A DNA stretch of 63,067 nt, filler included, from Octopus bimaculoides (lineage: Eukaryota): NCBI RefSeq assembly GCF_001194135.2. It is 5 parts of 4 records of this genome, joined end to end, with 100 filler letters (N's around TTAATTAATTAA, not from the genome) between each part and the next. Parts side by side here need not be neighbours in the genome. Positions count along the whole stretch, not along the records: positions 1 to 13,765 come from NC_068989.1; 4 more parts are not named here. One strand, 5' to 3'. The notes beneath the pieces were generated by a model. The model was given only the letters and a program-made list of their open reading frames with translations, did not search any database and was not told the DNA's origin. Positions 1 through 11,276 of this stretch are shown here, one piece after another. The position numbers were made by a program, and so were the translations under genes. The stretch's first letter is position 1, and every line of letters starts with the position of its first letter.

Positions 1-1239
1 ATACACAATATATATAAATAGTGTACAAATAATTTACGTACTTATACATACAAGAGATTACCTTTAATAGGACACCTTACATGCTATAAGGGACAGTTAA
101 TACGAGTAATTGCAAAGGGAATGAAAATAAAAATATTATTGTAGTTACCCTTAGACTCGAGTTTCTGCATCAATGTGCAAATAAATTAATTTGCCATCCG
201 TGCTTCTTCAGTAAGGGCGCTAAAATTAATGCATATTTGTGCAGCACCGAAAATGCACGTGCTACATACGTATACATTATAATTTTCAAATCCACCGCGC
301 CAGCGCAGTTACATTCGGCAGCAAATGATAACAAAATATATACATATATATAAAGTATATGTATATACAAAGTAAGTGAGAATGGAATGACATTATTATA
401 TTTTAATAAGTAAAGATCGTTTCAATTTTTTACCAATCAAGATGGGTTATACATATAATGAATTATGTAAACTCATACGAATATTAAATTAAATACATCC
501 TTATCATTTCTTCGGACTAGTTATAAATGTATCCCCGAAAAATGATACTAGTTTACATATCAGAATTTAGTCTGTTAAATACAATGAACGAGGATCGGTC
601 ATGAGAGAGGGAACTGAAATTAAAAACGGTCGGTTGTTGCACTAGTTTTTCATTGTTAATTGTTGCTGTATTATAGACCAAGATTTTGTAAGGTGAAGTA
701 AATATATATTTCACTGTATATCTGTTAAATAACTTACGAAGAAAAATTTATTCATGATCGGGTGGTCGGCGACTAAACCGGCCCCTTCACTTGAGTAACT
801 TGCTACTCACGTGAGTGGGGTATCTAGACCTTCAGCAGGACTAATAAGATTTGTCGAAGGCTGGATGAGATCCTTGTAGGCCAACGGCCATTCAGTTGGC
901 GGATTCAATGACAATCACCTCAGATTACCTGCCAAGAAAACAATATGAGAAAGTCAAAACAAAGTAACGCTATGGCTTCCTCCGTTGGGATAACTCTACT
1001 TAATCGAGAAGAATTTCGATGTAGAGTCTTCAATGAGCTGCAAAAGCCTACAGGACAGCGACAACGGGATGTATATTCCATCATGCTGATTGGTAAAAAA
1101 AATCTATTGATTATTCAAATGATTGTGATTCAAAATGTAACACCATTATTTTCATTCTTTAGTTTCCTTACTTTTAAATTCTGCGATAAATGTATTGACC
1201 TCATTTCTCTCGATTTACACTTTGCCTAGAATAGCATTT

Positions 1240-1625
1240 GGAGGCGCAAAGGCCCAGTGGTTAGGGCAGCGGAGTCGCGGTCATAGGATCGCGGTTTCGA
1301 TTCCCAGACCCCGCGTTGTGAGTGTTTATTGAGCGAAAACACCTAAAGCTCCACGAGACTCCAGCAGGGCATGGTGGCGAACCCTGCTGTACTCTTTCAC
1401 CACAACTTTCTGTCACACTTACTTCCTGTTTCTGTTGTGCCTGTAATTCAAAGGGTCAGCCTTGTCACACTGTGTCACGCTGAATATCCCCGAGAACTAC
1501 GTTAAGGGTACACGTGTCTGTGGAGTGCTCAGCCACTTGCACGTTAATTTCACGAGCAGGCTGTTCCGTTGATCGGATCAACTGGAACCCTCGACGTCGT
1601 AAGCGACGGAGTGCCAACAAAACAC
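1240..1625 (+). mobile_element. tRNA-derived SINE, head type A + tail type 1 (full length)
   Basis: A-box-like GGCCCAGTGG and B-box-like GGTTTCGATTCCC; near-identical copy at 13866-14209; 12-bp target-site duplication AGAATAGCATTT (1228-1239) / AGAATAGTATTT (1626-1637). Confidence 0.85.
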
Positions 1626-1752
1626 AGAATAGTATTTAGATTAAGCAAACACTTTCTTCTGATAGACAGCAATCTTAGTGGTAAGCCTCAGATTTTTGTT
1701 TAAAAAATACATGCATACATACATACATACATACATACATACACAGAGAGAG

Positions 1753-2262
1753 GATCCCCTTGTTATTGAATACGTACACAAATATCAGTACACGGAATAC
1801 TGGTGGAACATTCCCATCAAAACATATGTTAGGTGTAAGCATAAAAAGCCGGATATTGTTGTTTGGAACAGACGGGAAAAAGTACATATCGTTATAGATG
1901 TCAGCTGTCCAACTGATGTGAATATTTCTTTGAAAAATCAAAGAGAAAGAAGATGACTATGGACAACTCCTTGGAAACTTCCAGCTTCTATATCCGGATT
2001 ACAAATTCACATTTATACCAATAATAACTGGTGCACTTGGTTTCGTGAGTAAATGGCTAACTGACGGATATTCAGAAAAAGAAATCAACCAATTGACTCG
2101 CGCATTACAAATACTATCTATACGTGGAAGGGAAAAAATATGCAAGAATTTTCTGAAGTTTAAAACGTGACATTTATTTCGTTAACAACATTCTGTTGAT
2201 GGAGCTTTGTATCTTTATGAGAAACCAGGTCCTTCCTCAAGGGAAGAATTTAAATAATTAAA
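1753..2262 (+). mobile_element. 3' fragment of non-LTR retrotransposon with restriction-like endonuclease (R4/Dong/NeSL-like)
   Basis: Translates WWNIPIKTYVRCKHKKPDIVVW...VIDVSCPTDVNI (PD..D RLE motif), then after a frameshift YGQLLGNLQLLYPDYKFTFIPIITGALG and C-terminal KICKNFLKFKT*; homologous copy at 10931-11215. Confidence 0.8.
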
Positions 2263-3517
2263 AACAGAAAAGAACCATACATGCGTACGTATAGATATAT
2301 ACAGGCAGACATGCCAGCGGGTGAACATATGAAAATAAGCAACATCCAATGCTATTTACTTGGAGCTGTAAATATTTCATTTAGGCTGGCTCAGCACTAC
2401 ATTGCTTAAAGAGAGATACATAAATACATGCATACATGCATACATATATACACACACACGCACACGCACGCACACACACATACACATACACACACACACA
2501 TACACTCATGTGTTTAACAACCACGCAAAGAAACCACCCTTTATGATGGCCTTGGTGTCGCTAACGATTTGACAGTATTCACTACAATACCATGTGACCC
2601 TCTTTCACCAATAGCAGCTTATCTTCCAGTAGCCATCTGGGACTCCTTGGCTCTCTCTCTCTCTCTCTATTCAGCATTCCAGAAGCCTGAAGGAGATGGA
2701 CTCCCTTTAGGGGCCTGCAAAACTTGAAGTACCACAGAACCAAATCATACTGTTTTAAATAATGTGTGTGTGTGTGTGTGTGCGTGTGTGTGTGTGTGCG
2801 TGTGTGTGTGTGTGTGTGTGTATACACATATATATATGCAATTGCAGCTTGGAAGGTGTTTATAAGTCATTTAAAAACACACAAAAACCGTTAGATTCAC
2901 TTCAACGTTTAAATTTAATTTGTCAAAATATTTTCGTCGCTTTGAGACCGCGACCTGNNNNNNNNNNNNNNNNNNNNNNNNNNNNNNNNNNNNNNNNNNN
3001 NNNNNNNNNNNNNNNNNNNNNNNNNNNNNNNNNNNNNNNNNNNNNNNNNNNNNNNNNNNNNNNNNNNNNNNNNNNNNNNNNNNNNNNNNNNNNNNNNNNN
3101 NNNNNNNNNNNNNNNNNNNNNNNNNNNNNNNNNNNNNNNNNNNNNNNNNNNNNNNNNNNNNNNNNNNNNNNNNNNNNNNNNNNNNNNNNNNNNNNNNNNN
3201 NNNNNNNNNNNNNNNNNNNNNNNNNNNNNNNNNNNNNNNNNNNNNNNNNNNNNNNNNNAAACTCATCAATAATATACTCAGGAAATCAATATTTAATATT
3301 TTGAAAGACATACATCCAACATGACACGGCAACATAATAAATTTAAAATTTAAAACATAAATATACGAAATATAAATATCAATATATATAAAAATCTGAA
3401 TATAGATAAATATATGTCTGAATATATATGCGTATAAAAATTTATGCGTAATAAGCAAGACTATTGTAAAGTCTAAAATATAAAATATAAAGGAACCTAA
3501 AATTTAAAGAGTTAAAT

Positions 3518-3603
3518 ATCTTACGATCGTTTCGCGGATATTATTATAATCACAAAGTGATCTAAAGATCATCTTATTATCAGTAATTCCGCTCTTCAGA
3601 GAT
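3518..3603 (-). ncRNA. Type I hammerhead ribozyme with canonical core and long stem II
   Basis: Minus strand: ATCT-CTGAAGA-GCGGA...TCCGC-GAAA-C-GATC-GTA-AGAT. Stem I ATCT/AGAT, stem II GCGGA/TCCGC, stem III AC/GT with palindromic loop, GUA cleavage triplet. Confidence 0.85.
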
Positions 3604-4192
3604 GCATTAAGAACCAATAGTATATATATATATATATATTAAAACATTAGAAATATTAAAAAATTAAAAATCATAATAAAATATATACTGTCCTTTCTAT
3701 AAATTGTCAAATTAATCCTTCTGAAATATGTAAAGTTCATTCCTTTCATCCTTTGTTGAAATTTCAAGTGTTAAACACTTATTTGTATAAGAATTGGTAT
3801 ATTTTTTTCTAAATGTATAGAAGACCTCGGCAAAATTCATCCTGCTGGATATAGCAATTCCATCGCCGCTTCTGGGCTCTTCTCGTCTGCTACTGGTAAA
3901 TTTGTGCTTTTTTGGCACAATATGTCCATACGAGACATATAGGAACCGCAGTGTTTTGGCTTTCCTGAGGAATATCCGCGTTAAGCTAGAATATCCATAA
4001 TGATACACACACACACACACACACACACTGAGAAAAGCAATGAGAAGTGGAGTCCTTCCGGGATGACGTGCATTGAAAGCATCTGCTATCATTTATCGAA
4101 GTGACCACCGAGCTGTGGTGCCAATTCAATTCTTCTTCGGAGGAATTCATATTCGATCCGCAGAATACAAAACATATATTTGTCATTCACTA

Positions 4193-4229
4193 CTCTCTGT
4201 TTCTCTTTCTCTCACGTCCTCTCTATTTC

Positions 4230-4272
<43 letters not shown>

Positions 4273-4293
4273 CCCACATGCACGCTCTATCTC

Positions 4294-4337
<44 letters not shown>

Positions 4338-5008
4338 CCCCCCCAAACACTCTCTCTCTCTTTTACACACACACACACACACTCTCTCACTCTCACTCTC
4401 CCTATCTCTCACTCCCTCACTCAATCTCTTTCTCTCTCTCTCTCTCACACACACACACTTACTCATATTCTTTCTCTCTATCTGTCTCTCACTCTCACTC
4501 TCCCTAGCTCTCACTCGCTCACTCTCTTTCTCTCTCTCACATACACACACACTTACTCAATGTCTCATACTCGTTCTCTCTCACACGCACACTCGATCTC
4601 ACTTACACCTACTCTCTCTTTCTCTCTCTCCCTCTTTCTCTCTCTCCCTCTTTCTCTCTCTCCCTCTTTCTCTCTCTGTCTGTCTCTCTCTCCCTCTCTG
4701 TCTGTCTCTCTTTTCCCTCTCTCCCTCTCTGCCTCTCACTGCATCTCTGTCTCTCTCTCTTTCCCTCTATGTCTGTCTCTCTCTCCCTCTCTGTCTCTCT
4801 CTCTTTTCCTCTCCCTCTCTGTCTGTCTCTCTCTTTTCTTCTCCCTCTGTGTGTGTCTCTCTCTATTTCTCTCTCTCCCTCTCTGTCTATCTCTCTCTTT
4901 TCTTCTCCCTCTGTGCGTGTCTCTCTCTATTTCTCTCTCTCTCTCCCTCTCTGTCTGTCTGTCTCTCTCTTCCTCTCCCTCTGTGTGAGTGTGTGTGTCT
5001 CTCTCCCC
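4193..5008. repeat. Compound (CT)n/(CA)n microsatellite, about 0.8 kb, mostly polypyrimidine on +
   Basis: Directly visible; it generates the spurious SL/HT-rich ORFs 4073-5085. Confidence 0.95.
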
Positions 5009-5148
5009 ACTTTTGTTATCCTTCCAAATCTATACATATAAACACATTACTGTTTCCCACAGCTGTAACACACGGTAACACATAAGGACACGCGCAAACA
5101 CAAACGTTAAATATTTGTTTCACTGTAGACATGACAACTGCACTAAAC

Positions 5149-7415
5149 CAGGGATGTCCAACCTGCGGCCTGCGAGCCCACAGAATATTTCCATGCGGCC
5201 CGCTGATGATTCAAATTCTAATTCCATTCATATTTTCATTTACTTTGATAATGTATGATGAGAAAATTATTCTCGGGGTGTGCTATTTTGAACGGACCAA
5301 TGAAAACCCCAATAGAGGAAGATAAAATGAAGGAGGTCATGGGGTTTATGACGTAGAATGGCTGACTCTACGTCGTACAGTCAGCCATTTTGTTGATGCA
5401 TAATTAACAGCCATTGTTTCAATTTCAAATCTTTTGCGGTCGGGTCAATATTGATTGTGTTATTTCCTAACCTTGTTTATAATGTCGAGTGATAATGGCT
5501 TCAGTGGTACTTCAGTGTTTGTAGTCTAAGCTAAGCCTAATGCTAAAGCTTTAGGCGAAAGAGCGTATTTAGTCTTTTTTCTTTCTGATTTCTGGAATAT
5601 TCATATCAGCATGATTACGTAATAATTTTAATTGTTAATTTTAATAGCCCATTATTTGGTCATGGCATCTGATTCTAAGAAGAGAAAGATAACAGAAGAA
5701 AAGAGAAAATTCAATATCTTATGCGCAGAAAATTATTTCGTAATTGAAACATGCAATAATGTTATCTGCCTCATATGTAATGATAAAATTGCCGTATGCA
5801 AGGAATATAATATTGAGCGTCACTATGCTACCAAATATGAGTCACAATATAATGAATTGAACGGAGAAAGAAGGAAAATGAAAAGAGATGAATTGAAGAA
5901 GAAGCTTAGTTCACAACAAAATTTCAAAAAACGTGTTGGGAAAACTGGTACATGTACAAAAGTTAGTTATTTAACAGCTGAAAAATTGACTCTGAAGGGT
6001 AAGCCATTGATAGATGGCGAATTAATAAAAGAATGTATTGTAATTGGAAATAATACTTTCTAAATCTCTCAGAGAGATTTATCCAGTAGTGATACGATGA
6101 AGTAGTTGTATGCTGTCAACTTAATGTGACAGTCCCCTGAACGGAATAATACTACTGTTGGTTAGACCTAGGAAGCTGCACCGCTTCCTGTCGGCCTTGA
6201 CACATTTCCTGTGTCCTTATGTTTACAAGAGGGAGACATTCCCTTCAGGGGACTGTCGCATTAAGTTGACAGCATACAACTACTTCATCGTATTGTAATT
6301 GCTTTTAATGAATATTGTCCCGAGAAGGTGAACTCATTCAATGAAACAAGTCTGTCGCATCAGACAATTGGTAGAAAAATTGATGACTTAGCTGACAGTA
6401 TTGTGGGTACATTGCATACTCAATTATCTGTGTTCATCACAGTTTGGCATTGGACGAAAGTACTGAACAAAGTGGCACTGCACAATTGGTTACTTTTATC
6501 AGACGAATTGATATCATTTTAATATCATTGAAGAAATGTTGGACGTGTGTTATATGAAGGGAACAACAACTGGCAGGGACATAATTGAGCGTGTCAATTT
6601 ATCATTAGAAAAGTTCAATGTTGATAGAAATAAAACTAATTGGATGACAACTGATGGTGCCCCTGCATTAACTGGTAAAGATAATGGGGTTTATTACTTT
6701 ATTCAAAGAAATGATTGATCATGATATACTTAGCTATTGCTGCTTGAATCATCACAGCAATTATATGCTCAAAATTAACTATGAAACAGTTGATGACAGA
6801 TATTGTAAAAGTTGTTAATTTTATCAGATCTCAGGGCTTGAACCATCGTACATTCAAAGTAGAAGTTGGCAGTGAGTATGAAGGCGTTATTTATTTCTCA
6901 AACGTCAGATGACTCAGTCAAGCAGCAGCTTTGAATAGATTTCAATTATTGTTGCCTGAAATAAAACAGTTCATGCAGAACAAACTGCAAAATGTAGATT
7001 TTTTTTCGTAAATGAAGAATGTTTGAATGATCTGTCCTTCTTAGTGGATAGCACTGAAATGTTAGCTGAACTTAATTTGCATTTACAAGGGAAATGTTTG
7101 AGCGAATAACAAGTTTTACTAAGAAATTAGAACTTTTCATAATACAGTTGAAGGGTAGAGAAATTGTACATTTTTCAGAATTTATCTAAAAGACATGAAG
7201 AATTTCCTGTGAACTTTGAAAAATACACTAAATTATGTGAGACTTTGTCAGAAGATTTTACAACCAGATTTTCTGACTTCAGAAAGATAGAAACTGAACT
7301 AAAATTGTTGAGTGATCCATTTTTATTTATTTATGTGGAAGCACCAGCCAAATACCCGCTCGAACTCATTGAACTTTAAAGTAGGGAGTTTTTATTTTTA
7401 AAAAAGGCTGGTTTT
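5149..7415 (+). mobile_element. hAT (Charlie/GTF2IRD2-like) DNA transposon, degraded transposase, right end lost in gap
   Basis: Left TIR CAGGGATGTCCAACCTGCGGCC preceded by CACTAAAC; ORF pieces CLICNDKIAVCKEYNIERHY (zinc finger), KGKPLIDGELIKEC, LALDESTEQSGTAQL, TTDGAPALTG, VVNFIRSQGLNHR; several frameshifts and stops. Confidence 0.9.
6047..6289. mobile_element. Small inverted-repeat element inserted in the hAT transposase
   Basis: 50-bp inverted repeats 6092-6141 / 6244-6293 (49/50 match); flanked by 12-bp direct repeat GTATTGTAATTG (6035-6046, 6290-6301); removal restores the frame IKECIVIAFNEYCPEKVNSF. Confidence 0.8.
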
Positions 7416-7835
7416 NNNNNNNNNNNNNNNNNNNNNNNNNNNNNNNNNNNNNNNNNNNNNNNNNNNNNNNNNNNNNNNNNNNNNNNNNNNNNNNNNNNNN
7501 NNNNNNNNNNNNNNNNNNNNNNNNNNNNNNNNNNNNNNNNNNNNNNNNNNNNNNNNNNNNNNNNNNNNNNNNNNNNNNNNNNNNNNNNNNNNNNNNNNNN
7601 NNNNNNNNNNNNNNNNNNNNNNNNNNNNNNNNNNNNNNNNNNNNNNNNNNNNNNNNNNNNNNNNNNNNNNNNTATATATATATATATGTATGTATGTATT
7701 CTTTTACATATATAAATGTGTGTGTGTGTGTGTGTGACTCTTGCATGTGTTAATGATTTCAAAATATAAGGTCAACGTGACACAGCAAAATTTTAGATAA
7801 ATCATCAGATTTTAGAATTTTATTAAATTAGATTG

Positions 7836-7882
<47 letters not shown>

Positions 7883-8032
7883 TCTCAGACAAAAACAAAA
7901 CGCATTTCTATATATGTATGGAAACAAATATTAGTTGTGTGTCTCTGTGTTTGTATTCAGGCGTATGTGATTGTATAATATGTGTAAGCATAAATATATA
8001 TATATATATATTTAGACCGACACACGGACGGG

Positions 8033-8093
<61 letters not shown>

Positions 8094-8273
8094 GGACGGA
8101 TAGATGCATGCTTGCACACACACACACAAACACACAAACACACACACACACTCACACAGACATCGTAAACATAGGTGTATGTTTGTGATGTCTATTAACC
8201 TATTTTTATAGTTAATATAATCGTATGATACGAATCTGTATGTGTGTTTGCATGCATATACATACACACACAG

Positions 8274-8325
<52 letters not shown>

Positions 8326-8336
8326 GTTCATATGTA

Positions 8337-9218
8337 CAGGATGCGATGAGTAAACAGTCGCCATTTTAAATTTTCAATCTTATGCATGCGCATTGTCTGT
8401 TTTTGATTTTGTCGACTGCACAGTATAGGAGGGTCAGTTGGGCACCGTCTGTGAGAAGAACGTGACGCAATTCACGTTCCAAAAATTTGGAATCGACGTG
8501 CTATACTGCTTAGCATTCGTGCTGGAAGCTCCAATACGAATATTTAAGAGTGCTTGGATTTCAGTCTAAGGACAGTGCAATCTGAGGACATGAAACGAGT
8601 GATAAAAATCAAACATTCAGTCAATATCTTAGTGTCTTGAATGATCAATAGTGACGGCGACGTTATGGCTCCATTCATCTTCCCACATGGCATCAGACTC
8701 AACACGGAGGCCTACATCAAGTGCTGGAGGAGGTAGTGCTGCCCTGGGTCAAGAGGGTGGCTGCTGGAAGACCCTACGTCTGGCAACCGGACTCTGCACC
8801 ATGCCACACAAGTAGGAGAACCCAGTCATGGCTGTCAGACAATTTCTGCAACCACATCACCCCTAACATCTGGTCCCCTAACTCCTCAGACTGCAACTCC
8901 CTTGATTATTATATATAGGGCACAGATGAGGGAGAGACCAACAAAACCTCTTGTAACACCAAAGATGAACTGAAGGCAAGGATTATAGCAGCATTCACCA
9001 ACTTGAATAAGGAGACTGTCCAGAAGAGTCTCAGAAGATTCCGAAGTCATCTGGAGGCCGTCGTTGAAGCCAATGGCGATTTTATTGAATAAATTTACTC
9101 TTTAGTATTTCAAGATAGTTTTATGTAATTTTTGTAAATATATCTGTTAAAATGAGACGTCATTAGTGTTATTTTCATTTTTGTGTAATTTAGACGACAG
9201 TTTATTCACCGCACCCTG
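8337..9218 (+). mobile_element. Tc1/mariner DD37D (maT-type) element, internally deleted
   Basis: TA-flanked imperfect TIRs CAGGATGCGATGAGTAAAC / TTTATTCACCGCACCCTG; transposase C-terminus WQPDSAPCH...SSDCNSLDYY with 37 residues between the 2nd and 3rd Asp. Confidence 0.88.
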
Positions 9219-9323
9219 TATGTGTCTGTGATACATGTGTGAGTGACGACAAAAATCCAATTTATCACAATTGTATGCTCATTAAAATATATACGTTTAT
9301 AATTACACACATACATACATACA

Positions 9324-9357
<34 letters not shown>

Positions 9358-9588
9358 CATACATATATAGATATATACATACATACATATATACATATAT
9401 ACATACGTACATACATACTACGTATGTACGTACATACATTTATACACACATACATACATATATACATACATACACACATACACACACACATACACACATA
9501 CATACACACATACATACACATACATACACACATATACACACAAACATACAGATACATACACACACACATGCACACACACATACATACA

Positions 9589-9619
<31 letters not shown>

Positions 9620-9906
9620 TGCTATGAAATTTATCAACAAAAGACACAGTGAACTCCTTGGTGCTCCAAGATGGATCCGAAAACGTAGATTATGTGATAT
9701 TTCTGCGGAAGATATCACACGCGTGGTTAGCAGCTGCCCCAAAATATCATCAAGGTACAACTGTCTCGTGCGATGCCACGTTATATACGTTATATACGAT
9801 GCCGTTCGGAAAAAATAATGTCCGGGAATGATTATTGAGAATCCTCTTGTTATTGAGTTCGTACGCAAATACCAGCACAAGGAAGGCTGGTGGAATATTC
9901 CCATGC

Positions 9907-10065
9907 TCTTTTACTTGTTTCAGTCATTTGACTGTGGCCATGCTGGAGCACCGGCTTTTTTTAGTCGAGCTAATCGACCCCCGGGGACTTATTCTTTGTA
10001 AGTCTAGTACTTGTTCTATCGATCTGTTTTGCCGAACCGCTAAGTTACGGGGACGTAAACACAGA
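9907..10065 (-). mobile_element. SINE-like repeat (family D), representative copy
   Basis: Shared core GTTTACGTCCCCGTAACTTAGCGGTTCGGCAAAA...GATAGAATAAGTAC; other copies near 10712-10910 (+), 20830-21020, 35850-36040, 43283-43770, 53480-53640, 59380-59570, 60230-60420. Confidence 0.75.
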
Positions 10066-10582
10066 CACACAAACATATACACACATACATATATACAACG
10101 GGCTTCTTTCAGTTTCCGCCTACNNNNNNNNNNNNNNNNNNNNNNNNNNNNNNNNNNNNNNNNNNNNNNNNNNNNNNNNNNNNNNNNNNNNNNNNNNNNN
10201 NNNNNNNNNNNNNNNNNNNNNNNNNNNNNNNNNNNNNNNNNNNNNNNNNNNNNNNNNNNNNNNNNNNNNNNNNNNNNNNNNNNNNNNNNNNNNNNNNNNN
10301 NNNNNNNNNNNNNNNNNNNNNNNNNNNNNNNNNNNNNNNNNNNNNNNNNNNNNNNNNNNNNNNNNNNNNNNNNNNNNNNNNNNNNNNNNNNNNNNNNNNN
10401 NNNNNNNNNNNNNNNNNNNNNNNNNNNNNNNNNNNNNNNNNNNNNNNNNNNNNNNNNNNNNNNNNNNNNNNNNNNNNNNNNNNNNNNNNNNNNNNNNNNN
10501 NNNNNNNNNNNNNNNNNNNNNNNNNNNNNNNNNNNNNNNNNNNNNNNNNNNNNNNNNNTGTATATGTATATACATATATATG

Positions 10583-10705
10583 AAGGGCTTCTTTCAGTTT
10601 CCGTCTACCAAATCCACTCACAAGGCTTTGGTCGGCTCGAGGCTATAGTAGGAGACACTTGCCCAAGGTGCCACGCAGTGGGACTGAACCGGGAACCATG
10701 TGAAT
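10583..10705 (-). mobile_element. tRNA-headed SINE (family C), representative copy
   Basis: Minus strand contains GGTTCAGTCCCACTGCGTGGCACCTTGGGCAAGTG...GAAACTGAAAGAAGCCC; copies near 31825-31900, 33690-33810, 35255-35410, 36080-36230, 41930-42070, 43870-44010, 53670-53820. Confidence 0.75.
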
Positions 10706-10930
10706 CGTAAGCATCATCGCTTGAAAACCAGTGTTGGTATGTTTACGTCCCCGTAACCTAGCGGTTCGGCAAAAGTGACCGATAGAATAAGTACTACGAT
10801 TTAGAAAACAATTAGCCCTAGGGGTTGAATTGCTCGACTAACACCCTTCAAGGCGCCGTGAACACCCAGCATGGACGTAGTCAAAATGACTGAAAGGAGT
10901 AAAAGAATAACAGAATAAACGAATAAGGTA

Positions 10931-11215
10931 TATTGGTGGAATATTCAAATTCTAGTAAATACAAGCATAACAAACAGGCCGGATATTGCTGTTTAGTACA
11001 AACAAGAACACATATGTAATGTCATAGATGTCAGCTGCCCTGCTGATATGAATAACACTTGGGTGGGCGCAGGGTGGGATCAAACAGAAAGAGGTAAACT
11101 GGGGAAAACTGCTTTGGAACCTCCAGCTTCTATAACCAGATTGTAAAATCACATTTATACCAATAATATTTGGTCTTTTAACTTTACTTTTTAAATACCG
11201 ACTTGAAATGAAATA
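10931..11215 (+). mobile_element. Second RLE-type non-LTR retrotransposon fragment (same family as 1753-2262)
   Basis: WWNIQI...RPDIAV...VIDVSCPADMN; nucleotide match CCAGCTTCTATA...CACATTTATACCAATAATA shared with the first copy. Confidence 0.75.
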
Positions 11216-11226
11216 AGCACTCACGT

Positions 11227-11276
<50 letters not shown>

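Noticed and set aside
1240-1315. tRNA-like A and B boxes
   Set aside because: These are SINE heads without a full cloverleaf; no genuine tRNA, rRNA or CRISPR array was seen in the window.
4073-5085. Long ORFs of 144-301 aa, and similar ones at 9206-9647, 23419-24200 and 59695-60310
   Set aside because: Translations of dinucleotide and tetranucleotide microsatellites (SL, HT, CV, YI repeats).
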